NCBI GenBank assembly: GCA_051003195.1
Contig: JBPCLP010000044.1
Location: forward strand, 35,502 to 99,501
Direction of reading: 5' to 3'
DNA from: Candidatus Sumerlaeaceae bacterium
GTDB taxonomy: Bacteria > Sumerlaeota > Sumerlaeia > Sumerlaeales > Sumerlaeaceae
DNA length: 64,000 bases
Positions 1 through 9,300 of the stretch are shown here, in pieces. The notes beneath the pieces are model-generated. The model searched no databases. It was given only the letters and a program-made list of their open reading frames with translations, and was not told where the DNA came from. A program made the position numbers and the translations under genes. The stretch's first letter is position 1, and each line of letters starts with the position of its first letter.

Positions 1-2
1 TC

Positions 3-3000
3 TGCTATATCCGCGATGTGAATGCCGACGAAAGCTGGTGCGCCGGTTACCATCCACTAATGTCTTTATCGAAACGCTACGAGGCCATTTTTTCGCCGGG
101 CCGCGCCGAGTTCCGGCGTTGGGATAGCTCTATCGAAACCCATACGGATATCATGGTATCGGCTGAAGATGACGTCGAGTTGCGTCGAATTACAGTTTCG
201 AACAACTCCGCCTCAAGCAAGCTCATCGAGCTGACGACATACGCCGAGGTTGTGCTGGCTGCACAGCCAGCCGACGAGACACATCCCGCATTCAGCAATC
301 TCTTCGTCCAGACGGAACTCTATAGGGATCGACAGGCAATTCTTTGCACGCGGCGTCCGCGTGCACCAGGAGAACAGCATCCCTGGATGATCCACCTGCT
401 ATCGATAAGTGGAACGATGGCCGGTTCAGCATCATACGAAACTGACCGGATGAAGTTCCTCGGTCGCGGCAGGACCACGGCGAATCCGGTCGCGATGGAG
501 ACGGACGTATTGAGCGGCACTGAGGGACCTGTCCTGGATCCGATTGTTGCGATCAGGTGCCGTGTAAGCATCGAGCCCGACGAGAACTGCGTTGTGGACG
601 TGGTTACGGGAGTCGCCGATACACGCGACGGCGCATTGGCATTGATCGAGAAGTATCACGACCGCCGCCTGACCGACCGAATTGCAGAACTCTCGTGGAC
701 GCACGAACAGCTCATTCTGCGCCAGCTTCAGGCGTCCTTTTCTGATTTGCAGGCTTTTGAGCAGTTAGTTTCGACAATGATTTACAGTCATGCGCGCCGC
801 AGAGCCAGCGCCACAATTCTGCTCAAGAATTCCCGCACGCAGGCAGGCTTGTGGGGTTACGGTCTTTCTGGTGACATGCCGATTATGCTGGTCCGCATCG
901 ACGACCGCGATCAATTAGCGCTGGTGCGGGAAGCCGTGCAGACTTACGCATATTGGCGGCTGATGGGTTATGCGGCAGACCTCGTTATTTGCAATGAGGA
1001 CCGTTCGGGTTATCGCCAGGAACTCCAGGATGAAATCCTAGCGCACGTAACCGCAGGCGGCCATCCGCTTGACCGCCCCGGAGGCATTTTTGTTCGACGG
1101 TCCGAGCAAATTCCTGACGAAGACTTCGTCCTGCTGCAGTCCGCCGCTCGCGTACTCTTAACGGGCGGGAATGGTTCATTGGCCGAGCAGGCGGCACGAC
1201 GTTTTCGCGTGGAGCGTGGTGCTCCCGCGCTTCTACCCATAACTGGTCCACGGCGTGAACCAACGTCTGACACACAACTGGATATGCGGACGGACCTGAT
1301 ATTCGATAACGGCCATGGGGGCTTCACCTCCGACGGGCGTGAGTATGTCATTCGGACGACAAAGGGTCAAAGCACGCCTGCACCGTGGGTAAACGTACTG
1401 GCCAATCCGTTCTTCGGCACCATTGTGACAGAAAGCGGTGGCGGATATACATGGAGTGAGAACGCACACGAGTATCGGCTAACACCATGGTCCAACGATG
1501 CGGTGAGCGATTCGCCCGGCGAGGCACTGTATATCCGCGACGAGGATAGCGGCCTCTTCTGGTCGCCAACTCCGCGGCCCTCACCTGTGGGCAACGGGTA
1601 TTTAACTCGCCACGGTTTTGGGTACACCGTGTTTCAGCACATTCACTCCGGTATTTCGACGGAGCTTTGGGTCTACGTCGCTACCGATGCCTCCGTGAAG
1701 TTCCTGACGCTGAAGCTGCGCAATCTATCCGGTCGCACGCGCCGGCTCTCACTCACCGGTTATGTCGAGTGGGTGCTTGCGGAATTTCGCCACAGGTCGC
1801 TGCCACACATAGCGACCGAGCTGGATCCGAAAACAGGTGCCGTGTTCGCGCGCAATGCGTACCATTTGGACCTTCCCGAGCGCATCGCGTTCTTTGACGT
1901 AAGTGAATTCGAGAAAACTTTTACCTCCGACCGCGCGGAGTTCATCGGGCGCAATGGTTCGCTGTCGTCACCTGATGCACTGAAACGGCAACGTCTCTCC
2001 GGCAAGCGCGGCGCAGGCATGGACGCATGCACTGCCGTGCAGGTGAAATTGGAGCTGGCTGAGTCGCAGGAACGCGATGTCACTTTCATGCTCGGCGCCG
2101 GCCGCAACACCGATGACGCGCGCCAGCTCGTGACTCGATTCCGCGGCAACGCGCCTGCCCGCCAGGCGCTCCAACAAGTATGGGACTACTGGAACCGTAC
2201 GCTTGGCGCCGTCTACATCGAAACGCCGGATAAATCGCTGGATGTGCTCGCCAACGGCTGGCTGCTGTACCAGACGCTTGCATGCAGGATGTGGGGACGC
2301 AGTGGCTTCTACCAGTCCGGCGGAGCGTACGGGTTCCGCGACCAGCTGCAGGATTCCATGGCCCTCATCCACTCGCAGCCGGCGGTCATGCGCGCACACC
2401 TTCTGCACAGCGCCGCCAACCAGTTTTCCGAGGGCGACGTCCAGCACTGGTGGCATCCGCCGCTCGGGCGGGGTGTGCGCACTCACTGTTCCGATGACCT
2501 TCTCTGGCTTCCGTTGGCAGTTTGCCGCTACGTAAATGCGATCGGCGATACTGGCGTACTCGATGAGAGTATTCCATTTTTGCAGGCGCCGCCACTTCGG
2601 CAGGAGGATGAATCCCGCTACGATTTGCCGCACCACGGTGATGACTCCGGAACATTATACGAACACTGCGTTCGCGCTATTAAGAGATCCTTAACCAGCG
2701 GTGCACATGGGTTGCCGCTGATGGGAGGCTGCGACTGGAACGATGGTATGAACCTCGTCGGACACGAGGGAAAAGGCGAGAGTGTCTGGCTCGCTTTTTT
2801 CCTGCATACCGTGCTCACCGGGTTTGGCAAAATCGCAGGCCAGCGTGCGGACCAGGAATTCGCCGACCAATGCAACGCCGAAGCCGAAAGCCTCCGCAAG
2901 CGTATTGAAGAAAATGCGTGGGACGGCAACTGGTATCGTCGCGCCTACTTCGATAATGGAGATCCGCTCGGGTCCGCCAGCAACCAGGAATGCCGGATCG

Positions 3001-3692
3001 ATTCCATCTCGCAAAGCTGGTCCGTCCTATCCGGCGCAGGTGATCCCGATCGCCGCGAGAGCGCCATGAAGTCACTCAGCGAGCATCTCGTCCGAGACAA
3101 CGATGCGATTGTCCTGTTACTCGAGCCTCCGTTTGACACCTCTCCGCAGGAGCCGGGCTATATTAAAGGTTACGTTCCCGGGGTTCGCGAAAATGGTGGC
3201 CAGTACACCCACGCCGCCATCTGGGCCGCCATGGCCTTCGCCACGATGGGAAACACCGGCCGCGCATGGGAGCTAATGGCGCTCATCAATCCGGTCATGC
3301 ACGGCAGCACGCCCGAATCCATCAGCACCTACCGCGTCGAGCCTTACGTCGTCGCTGCCGACGTCTACGGTCGCCCGCCCCACACCGGCCGCGGCGGGTG
3401 GACATGGTATACCGGCTCCGCTGCATGGATGTACCGGCTCATCATCGAGTCGCTTCTCGGTATCCATCTGCGGGTTGATCACCTGGAGCTGAACCCCTCC
3501 ATGCCTGCATCGTGGCGCTTCTACGCCGTGAACTATCGGTTCCACGAATCCACTTATCGGATCGAGTTTCTCCGCACCGGTGATGGAAACACAGTTCTAC
3601 AGCTTAAAATCAACGGCAGCGAAGTGCCCGGTAACAGGGTGCCGTTGATTAACGACCGGCAGCGGCACGATGTACAGGTGCAACTCGGCTAG
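3..3692 (+). CDS. C-terminal part of an NdvB/ChvB/Cgs-type cyclic beta-1,2-glucan synthase or GH94 glycoside phosphorylase (5'-truncated by the window edge)
   Basis: Frame is open from position 3 (CYIRDV...). Two GH94 beta-sandwich-like repeats (ETDRMKFLGR; TSDRAEFIGR), TPAPWVNVLAN, FYQSGGAYGFRDQLQD, GCDWNDG, RENGGQYTH and GRGGWTWYTGSA motifs. Confidence 0.9.
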   Translation, partial: CYIRDVNADESWCAGYHPLMSLSKRYEAIFSPGRAEFRRWDSSIETHTDIMVSAEDDVELRRITVSNNSASSKLIELTTYAEVVLAAQPADETHPAFSNLFVQTELYRDRQAILCTRRPRAPGEQHPWMIHLLSISGTMAGSASYETDRMKFLGRGRTTANPVAMETDVLSGTEGPVLDPIVAIRCRVSIEPDENCVVDVVTGVADTRDGALALIEKYHDRRLTDRIAELSWTHEQLILRQLQASFSDLQAFEQLVSTMIYSHARRRASATILLKNSRTQAGLWGYGLSGDMPIMLVRIDDRDQLALVREAVQTYAYWRLMGYAADLVICNEDRSGYRQELQDEILAHVTAGGHPLDRPGGIFVRRSEQIPDEDFVLLQSAARVLLTGGNGSLAEQAARRFRVERGAPALLPITGPRREPTSDTQLDMRTDLIFDNGHGGFTSDGREYVIRTTKGQSTPAPWVNVLANPFFGTIVTESGGGYTWSENAHEYRLTPWSNDAVSDSPGEALYIRDEDSGLFWSPTPRPSPVGNGYLTRHGFGYTVFQHIHSGISTELWVYVATDASVKFLTLKLRNLSGRTRRLSLTGYVEWVLAEFRHRSLPHIATELDPKTGAVFARNAYHLDLPERIAFFDVSEFEKTFTSDRAEFIGRNGSLSSPDALKRQRLSGKRGAGMDACTAVQVKLELAESQERDVTFMLGAGRNTDDARQLVTRFRGNAPARQALQQVWDYWNRTLGAVYIETPDKSLDVLANGWLLYQTLACRMWGRSGFYQSGGAYGFRDQLQDSMALIHSQPAVMRAHLLHSAANQFSEGDVQHWWHPPLGRGVRTHCSDDLLWLPLAVCRYVNAIGDTGVLDESIPFLQAPPLRQEDESRYDLPHHGDDSGTLYEHCVRAIKRSLTSGAHGLPLMGGCDWNDGMNLVGHEGKGESVWLAFFLHTVLTGFGKIAGQRADQEFADQCNAEAESLRKRIEENAWDGNWYRRAYFDNGDPLGSASNQECRIDSISQSWSVLSGAGDPDRRESAMKSLSEHLVRDNDAIVLLLEPPFDTSPQEPGYIKGYVPGVRENGGQYTHAAIWAAMAFATMGNTGRAWELMALINPVMHGSTPESISTYRVEPYVVAADVYGRPPHTGRGGWTWYTGSAAWMYRLIIESLLGIHLRVDHLELNPSMPASWRFYAVNYRFHESTYRIEFLRTGDGNTVLQLKINGSEVPGNRVPLINDRQRHDVQVQLG

Positions 3693-3724
3693 TCGTGGAA
3701 TCCTCCAATCTCCAGTCCTCTAAT

Positions 3725-4744
3725 CTAACTGTTTCTCAACGTTCGCCTCGCACGCAGTGCGTCCAGAATGACAGCCAGCACAATCACCAATCCTGTCACC
3801 AGTCGCTTCACCGGCTCGGTGACCCCAGTCTGCGAGAGGCCTGTTTCCAGCACCGCGATGATCAGGACGCCGAAGATGCTCTTGCCCACCGACCCGCGTC
3901 CACCGGCCAGGCTCGTGCCGCCAATCACAACCGCGGCGATGGCAGAAAGTTCCCATCCAATGCCGGCATTCGGATCAGCCGACGACAGGCGCGAACAATT
4001 AAAAACTCCCGCCAGCGCAGCCAGAATACCCGATATTACGAACACCGCTACCTTGGTGGGAAGGGGGTTGATGCCTGATAGCCGCACCGCCTCTTCGTTT
4101 GTGCCGATGGCGACCATGTAACGCCCGAACACGGTGCGCGAAAGAATGATCTGCCCGGCGATTGCCACGCCCAGTGCCGCAAGGAACGCAGGCGATACCC
4201 CGACCGCGGCGATGGGCTCGCTTATACCTTCGATGGCGGCTCCGATGTACTTCGTTTGAGAACCCGTAACGAGGTAAGCCCCACCCCGCGCGGCCTCCAG
4301 CATGCCCAGCGTCACAATGAAAGACGGAATGGCCCAGCGGACGGTGATGAGCCCCGACATCAGCCCGCACGCGCCACCGGCTGCAAGTGCAGCCGCGACA
4401 CCGACAGCCAGTGGCTGTTGCCTGTCCACCAGCAGGATGCCGAGTACCGATGACGCGAGAGCCATTACGGACCCGACCGACAGATCGATGCCGCCGATGA
4501 TCAACACCAGCGTCATCCCGACCGACAATGTAATGAGCGCCGGGATCTGATTTGCGATCGTCCGGAAAGTCGCCGGCTGGAAGAAGTTCGTGCTCAGCTG
4601 GCTGAACAGTCCGACCAAAACGGCGAGCACGAGCACCATCCCGGCAAAGTCGAGAATCGAAGCCATGCGGCTGCCCGCCTGCCGCGGCGAAGGCCTCTGG
4701 GCAGGAGCAGCACTGGGAGATATTGTCTCGTCGTCTGTTCTCAT
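3725..4744 (-). CDS. rbsC: Ribose-type sugar ABC transporter permease
   Basis: GGIDLSVGS, IPSFIVTLGM, AIGTNEEAVRLSGI, ELSAIAAVVIGGTSLAGG. Start placed at ATG 4744, which overlaps the upstream TGA (ATGA). Confidence 0.85.
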   Translation of the reverse strand: MRTDDETISPSAAPAQRPSPRQAGSRMASILDFAGMVLVLAVLVGLFSQLSTNFFQPATFRTIANQIPALITLSVGMTLVLIIGGIDLSVGSVMALASSVLGILLVDRQQPLAVGVAAALAAGGACGLMSGLITVRWAIPSFIVTLGMLEAARGGAYLVTGSQTKYIGAAIEGISEPIAAVGVSPAFLAALGVAIAGQIILSRTVFGRYMVAIGTNEEAVRLSGINPLPTKVAVFVISGILAALAGVFNCSRLSSADPNAGIGWELSAIAAVVIGGTSLAGGRGSVGKSIFGVLIIAVLETGLSQTGVTEPVKRLVTGLVIVLAVILDALRARRTLRNS

Positions 4745-6327
4745 ACCAGGCTTTCCCCTCCATTCGATGCCGAAGCGGTAACGCGACGCCCCGCGTACCC
4801 GCTGAAACTTGCCGCCATCAGCTTTTCGTCGCTCCACTCGCCACGATTAAAGATCGTCACGAGGCGCCCCGACGACATGACGCCGATTCGGTCGCAGAGC
4901 TCCATAAGTTCCTGCTGGTCACTCGAGGCCACCACAATCGCTTTGCCGCTGGAAGCCAGCTCGCGCAACAGCGCGTATATTGAACGCCGCGCGGAGATGT
5001 CGATGCCGCGGGTGGGTTCGTCGCAAAGCAGAACATCGCAGTCGCGCAGCAGCCATCGCGCGATGAGCACCTTCTGCTGGTTTCCTCCACTCAGCTGCCC
5101 GACCCGCTGGCTCACTGCCTTACAGTTCACCGTAAGCCGGGTGCAGTAATCCCACGCGATCTGTTGCTCACGGCGGCCGGATAGCCAGCCCATCGTGTTC
5201 GACACTGACCCGATATTCGCCAGCGTAACATTGGTTGAGATCGACTGCGTCAGCAGCATTCCCAATGTCTTCCGATCCTCCGGAAGCATGCCGATACCCG
5301 CGCGCACAGCATCACCGGGCGCCTTAATGCGCACCACCCGTAGCGGCGTTCCGGCGGCCACTGTTCCCGACTCCGCCTGATCCGCGCCGAAGATCGTCCG
5401 CAGCGTTTCGGTCCGACCTGAACCCACCAGCCCCGAGAGCCCGAAGACCTCGCCCCTGTGCACCGACAGCGACACATCGCGCGTAAGCGGGCCCCGGCAA
5501 AGATTCGTCACCTGCAATGCAACCGGCTGGCGAAGGTGCGCGGGTTCCTCACGAAAATCGTGGGAGCCCGCTCGCCCTGCTGCGCCCGCCGCCGGAGGAG
5601 TTCCCGTCATAGCGGTGACCATCTCCTCGACCGAAATCTCCGACGCCGTGCGCGTCACGACCACCTGCCCGTCACGAAGCACGGAGATTCGATCGGCGGT
5701 CGCCTTCAGTTCCTCCATCCGATGGCTGATGTAGATCAGCCCGACCCCGGCCGCTTTAAGTTCACGGATCCGTGCGAACAGCAGTTCGACTTCGGGCTGC
5801 GTCAGCATCGCGGTCGGCTCGTCCAGGATTAGCAGCCGCAGGTTGCGCGTGAGCGCGGAGGCGATTTCCACGAGCTGCTGCTGCCCAATGCCAAGCCGGC
5901 TGACCAGCGTATCGGGATGCACGTGTCCCAGCCCGACCTGCTCCAGAGCATCGCCCGCGTCACGCCGCAGCCGCGCGCGCGAGATGAATCCAAAATTCCG
6001 AGGCAGGCGATTGAGAAACAGGTTCTCGCCCACCGAGAGTGTGGGGATGAGGTTCAGCTCCTGCTGAACAATGTGTACCCCCGCCCGCTCGGCGTCACCT
6101 TTGGCCTCCGGAGCGTAAGGCTGGCCGAACAATTCCAGTTCGCCCGAATCCGGCCGCGCCATGCCGCAAATAATGCGCGCCAGCGTACTTTTGCCCGCGC
6201 CGTTCGCTCCCACCAGCGCATGAACTTCTCCCGCCTCGACGTCGAGACTGACCGCCGACAGAACCGGGGCATTGTACGCCTTGAATACCTCGTGGACCCG
6301 CAGGAGGGCCGTCGTCGATACGGTTAT
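4741..6327 (-). CDS. rbsA: Sugar ABC transporter ATP-binding protein (two NBDs)
   Basis: GANGAGKST Walker A, LILDEPT, LSGGNQQK, LLCDEPTRGID. Homology-like sequence extends 38 codons upstream of the first GTG (6213) to an ATA at 6327; start uncertain. Confidence 0.85.
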   Translation of the reverse strand: MTVSTTALLRVHEVFKAYNAPVLSAVSLDVEAGEVHALVGANGAGKSTLARIICGMARPDSGELELFGQPYAPEAKGDAERAGVHIVQQELNLIPTLSVGENLFLNRLPRNFGFISRARLRRDAGDALEQVGLGHVHPDTLVSRLGIGQQQLVEIASALTRNLRLLILDEPTAMLTQPEVELLFARIRELKAAGVGLIYISHRMEELKATADRISVLRDGQVVVTRTASEISVEEMVTAMTGTPPAAGAAGRAGSHDFREEPAHLRQPVALQVTNLCRGPLTRDVSLSVHRGEVFGLSGLVGSGRTETLRTIFGADQAESGTVAAGTPLRVVRIKAPGDAVRAGIGMLPEDRKTLGMLLTQSISTNVTLANIGSVSNTMGWLSGRREQQIAWDYCTRLTVNCKAVSQRVGQLSGGNQQKVLIARWLLRDCDVLLCDEPTRGIDISARRSIYALLRELASSGKAIVVASSDQQELMELCDRIGVMSSGRLVTIFNRGEWSDEKLMAASFSGYAGRRVTASASNGGESLV

Positions 6328-7292
6328 TTCAGCGTCTCGGCAGTCACAAGATCCACCGGCGTCTGCTTGTCCGCGGGCCTGGCGCCTTTCGATATCTCCA
6401 GCGCGTACTCGATTCCGAAAACCGCCAGTTGATCTCCATGCTGATCCACCGTGGCCAGTACACGCCCATCCTTCAGCATCGGGCGGATCGCCGAAATGTT
6501 ATCGAAGCCGACGATGAACACCTGCCCGGTCTTGCCTGCGGCCTTGACCGCCGCCACCGCGCCAAGGGCCATGTTGTCGTTGCTCGCGAGAATCGCCTTC
6601 AGGTCCGGGTGCTCGCTCAGCATCGCCGCGGCGACAGTGTTCGCTTTTTCCATCTCCCACTGACCGGTCTGTACAGCGACGACGTTCGCTCCAGCCTTCT
6701 TCATTGCGTCCTCGAACCCGAGCCGTCGCTGCTGCGCATTAAACGCGGTCGGCACGCCTTCCAGGATGGCGACCTTGTCACCAGGCTTCAGCTTCGCCGC
6801 GAGCACCTCGCCCACTTTGCGCGCGCCTTCGCGGTTGTCCGGACCGACGAACGGAATGTCGCCGCCGGTCTGCTTCAGCACTTGTGCGTCCAGCCGGTTA
6901 TCGATGTTCACGACAACAATTCCGGCCTTTCGCGCGCGGGCCAGCGCCGGGATTAGCGCCTTCGAATCAGCCGGGGCGATGACAATGGCATTCACCTTCT
7001 GAGAGGCCATCTGCTCCACCAGCGCGACCTGCGCGTTCAGGTCCCGCTCATCGCGGATGCCGTTCACCACCAGGTCATACTTACCCGCGTTGTCCTGCTG
7101 GTGCTTTTCCGCTCCTTTGCGCATTGTGGTGAAGAATTCGTTCGCCAGCGATTTCATGATCAGCGCGATCTTCGGCTTGTCGCCGGCGGCTTTCGACTCT
7201 TCTGCTGAAAAACTGTGTTGCGGCGTAATCGCGAACAACGAGGACAGGACGAAAACTACGGCGGCCACTACGGCGTGTCGGCTCACAGGCAT
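6324..7292 (-). CDS. rbsB: Periplasmic sugar-binding protein, RbsB family
   Basis: Signal peptide; KSLANEFF, IAPADSKAL, VNIDNRL, ASNDNMALGA, VGFDN. ATG 7292 preceded by GGAG. Exact substrate not provable from sequence. Confidence 0.8.
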   Translation of the reverse strand: MPVSRHAVVAAVVFVLSSLFAITPQHSFSAEESKAAGDKPKIALIMKSLANEFFTTMRKGAEKHQQDNAGKYDLVVNGIRDERDLNAQVALVEQMASQKVNAIVIAPADSKALIPALARARKAGIVVVNIDNRLDAQVLKQTGGDIPFVGPDNREGARKVGEVLAAKLKPGDKVAILEGVPTAFNAQQRRLGFEDAMKKAGANVVAVQTGQWEMEKANTVAAAMLSEHPDLKAILASNDNMALGAVAAVKAAGKTGQVFIVGFDNISAIRPMLKDGRVLATVDQHGDQLAVFGIEYALEISKGARPADKQTPVDLVTAETLK

Positions 7293-7631
7293 GATCTCCG
7301 GGAAGGTGAATTGTGGCAAGCACTGCGCGGCAGGTTTTTAGAGGGCAAATAATTTCGGCTTCTATTGGATGCGTGTTCGCTCTGCTGAAAAGCGGACGTA
7401 CTTCTTTTCGAAGCAGATGTCACAATCTGCGCCGCGTGGAAAACTCCTTTCTCTAACCCATGAATCCTTATCATAGACGTCCCGAATTTTCCGAACGGCG
7501 TCGGAATCATTGCCGGCATTAGCGCAATCGGGGCTGGAGCATTCGGGCTGCGTACCGCGAACGACTTTTGAGGATGGTGCAGGCAATGGATATTTTAGGG
7601 TTCGGGATGCGTTACAGTTGTAATTTTTGTC

Positions 7632-7656
7632 CACGAACCGCACGAATATCACGAAT
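7632..7656. repeat. Three CACGAA units with 9-bp period (REP-like short element)
   Basis: CACGAA at 7632, 7641 and 7650. Confidence 0.5.
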
Positions 7657-7699
7657 GATTGCTATGGGTACGAGGGCGCGGGTGACTGCGGTTGGACGC

Positions 7700-7812
7700 T
7701 TTTCAAGTTTTCAAGTTTTTCAAGTGTTTTTCAAGTTTGCAGTGTAGAAGCTTGAAAGGCTTGCAGATAAATCAAGTTGGCCAAAATGGGGTAATTTCGC
7801 CACTTGAAAAAC
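7700..7812. repeat. TTTTCAAG direct repeats with inverted copies
   Basis: TTTTCAAG at 7700, 7708, 7717 and 7728; CTTGAAA at 7751; GTTTTTCAAGTG (7715-7726) is the exact reverse complement of 7801-7812. Confidence 0.75.
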
Positions 7813-8142
7813 GGTAATCCTCGCGTAATGATTCGCCGGGGCCCAGTGCGCCCTGGTAGCGGGGCTTGCCGGATGGGCGGTTTTTCCGCCAGGCGCAAAG
7901 ACGCGGAAGCCACGTCGATTGGGCGTAGAAGTCCCTTTGCCGTTTGTCACGGCGTACGGCCTGCATAGCTGTCAAAGAACACGTTCAGTTACTACGGGGG
8001 CAGGTATAGACCCGTTTTGAGGTGCGTGCCTATTCCCTGGCGGACGCTTAATGGGGGCTAAGTCCAATAAAGTCGAAAAAGATTTTTGGGCGAATGTGCG
8101 CTGGTGCGTGCGGGCAAATGCCGTTGAAGCCGCTTGAAGCAC

Positions 8143-8318
8143 GGCTGGGTCGCTCCTTAACAGTCGGGGTACCGATCCAATCGAAATCTCGGCTGGGGCG
8201 CTCCCTAACGGTCGGGGTACCGATCCAATCGAAATCACGGCTGGGGCGCTCTCTAACAGTCGGGGTACCGATCGTAATCACGCAAGGTCGCTCCTTAACA
8301 GTCGCGGTACCGATCCAA
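8143..8318. repeat. Tandem array of ~48-bp REP-like units (4 cores)
   Basis: Units start at 8143, 8191 and 8239, with a 5'-shortened unit at 8286; shared core CGCTC(C/T)(C/T)TAAC(A/G)GTCG(G/C)GGTACCGATC. Confidence 0.9.
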
Positions 8319-8370
8319 GTTCAACTCCGCTGATTGCGCGGCAGCCACCCGCCGACTGGAACGCGATCCG

Positions 8371-9051
8371 TTACCAGGAGCCACCGTACATCCACACGCC
8401 GCCGAGCAGAATCGCCGCCACTGCGCAGCCACTCATCATGCCGCGGTAGAGATTCGCATGATGTGCTGCACAGCGCTCGGACAGTTTTCCCATACCGCAG
8501 GAGAACGCGCCCATGGCCGCGACTGTGCCGATCCCAAAGGCTAACAGGTACGTTACCGCCTGCGCGGCTGTAGGCAATGCCAGCATCGGGAGAATAGCCA
8601 GCACGTGCGAACTGCCGGCAAGGCCATGCAGTGCTCCGATGGCGACCGAGGCATGGGTATGTTCGTGTGCACCCGGCAGTTCATGATCGCCATGCCCGAC
8701 GTGCACGTGCACATGCAGATGTCGGCCGCCGTCGTGGTCGTGTTCGTGAACGTGCAGCTTTGTGCATATTGCGTGTCGCAACGCCCACAGGCCAATTACG
8801 ATGAGGACCGCCCCAACAACGCGTTCACCCCAGGACGAAATCAGCTCCAGCGGCAGCTTCTCGCGCAGCCACAGGGAGAGCAAGGCCACGATGGCGAGCC
8901 CCGCGAAATGGCCGATGCCCCAACGGATGCCGCGAACCCAGCCGCGGTTTTGACCCCGGGCCGCGAGCGGTGCAATGGCCGCAAGATGATCCGGCCCGGT
9001 AAGCACATGCACCGCTCCCGCCATTAGTCCTGTCAGTACCACCATCATCAC
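8371..9051 (-). CDS. His-rich nickel/cobalt transporter-like membrane protein (UreH/HoxN-like)
   Basis: HVLTGPDHLAA, WGIGH, His-rich loop HVHEHDHDGGRHLHVHVH, GALHGLAG; about 6 TM segments. Confidence 0.8.
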   Translation of the reverse strand: MMMVVLTGLMAGAVHVLTGPDHLAAIAPLAARGQNRGWVRGIRWGIGHFAGLAIVALLSLWLREKLPLELISSWGERVVGAVLIVIGLWALRHAICTKLHVHEHDHDGGRHLHVHVHVGHGDHELPGAHEHTHASVAIGALHGLAGSSHVLAILPMLALPTAAQAVTYLLAFGIGTVAAMGAFSCGMGKLSERCAAHHANLYRGMMSGCAVAAILLGGVWMYGGSW

Positions 9052-9300
9052 ATCACCACCGCGCGATCCAGGCGGGCTGGCAAAACATTTATCTGCAGCA
9101 AAAGCCCCACATCAAAACCATCCGAGAACTCCAGCCCACCGACCTCCTCGAGCGCTTCGACGAGTTGCAAAGTCTGGCGGTCTAAACGCTTCCTGCGGCA
9201 AATTCTGCAATCCGGCTCCGCATAAACAGTAGCAAATGCGAGATCGCACCTTAGCGTTTGACGACAGGCTCATCGATATCACCCACCGGAGACCGTCGCC

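Noticed and set aside
8143..8318. CRISPR array
   Set aside because: Inter-core segments are under 20 bp and nearly identical, the cores themselves vary, and there are no cas genes in the window.
7362..8333. Short ORFs in the 7.3-8.4 kb gap
   Set aside because: No motifs or clear RBS; several arise only from the 48-bp repeat periodicity.
9052..9300. Cobalamin or NiCo riboswitch upstream of the metal transporter
   Set aside because: No recognisable conserved boxes by eye; an Rfam/Infernal scan would settle it.
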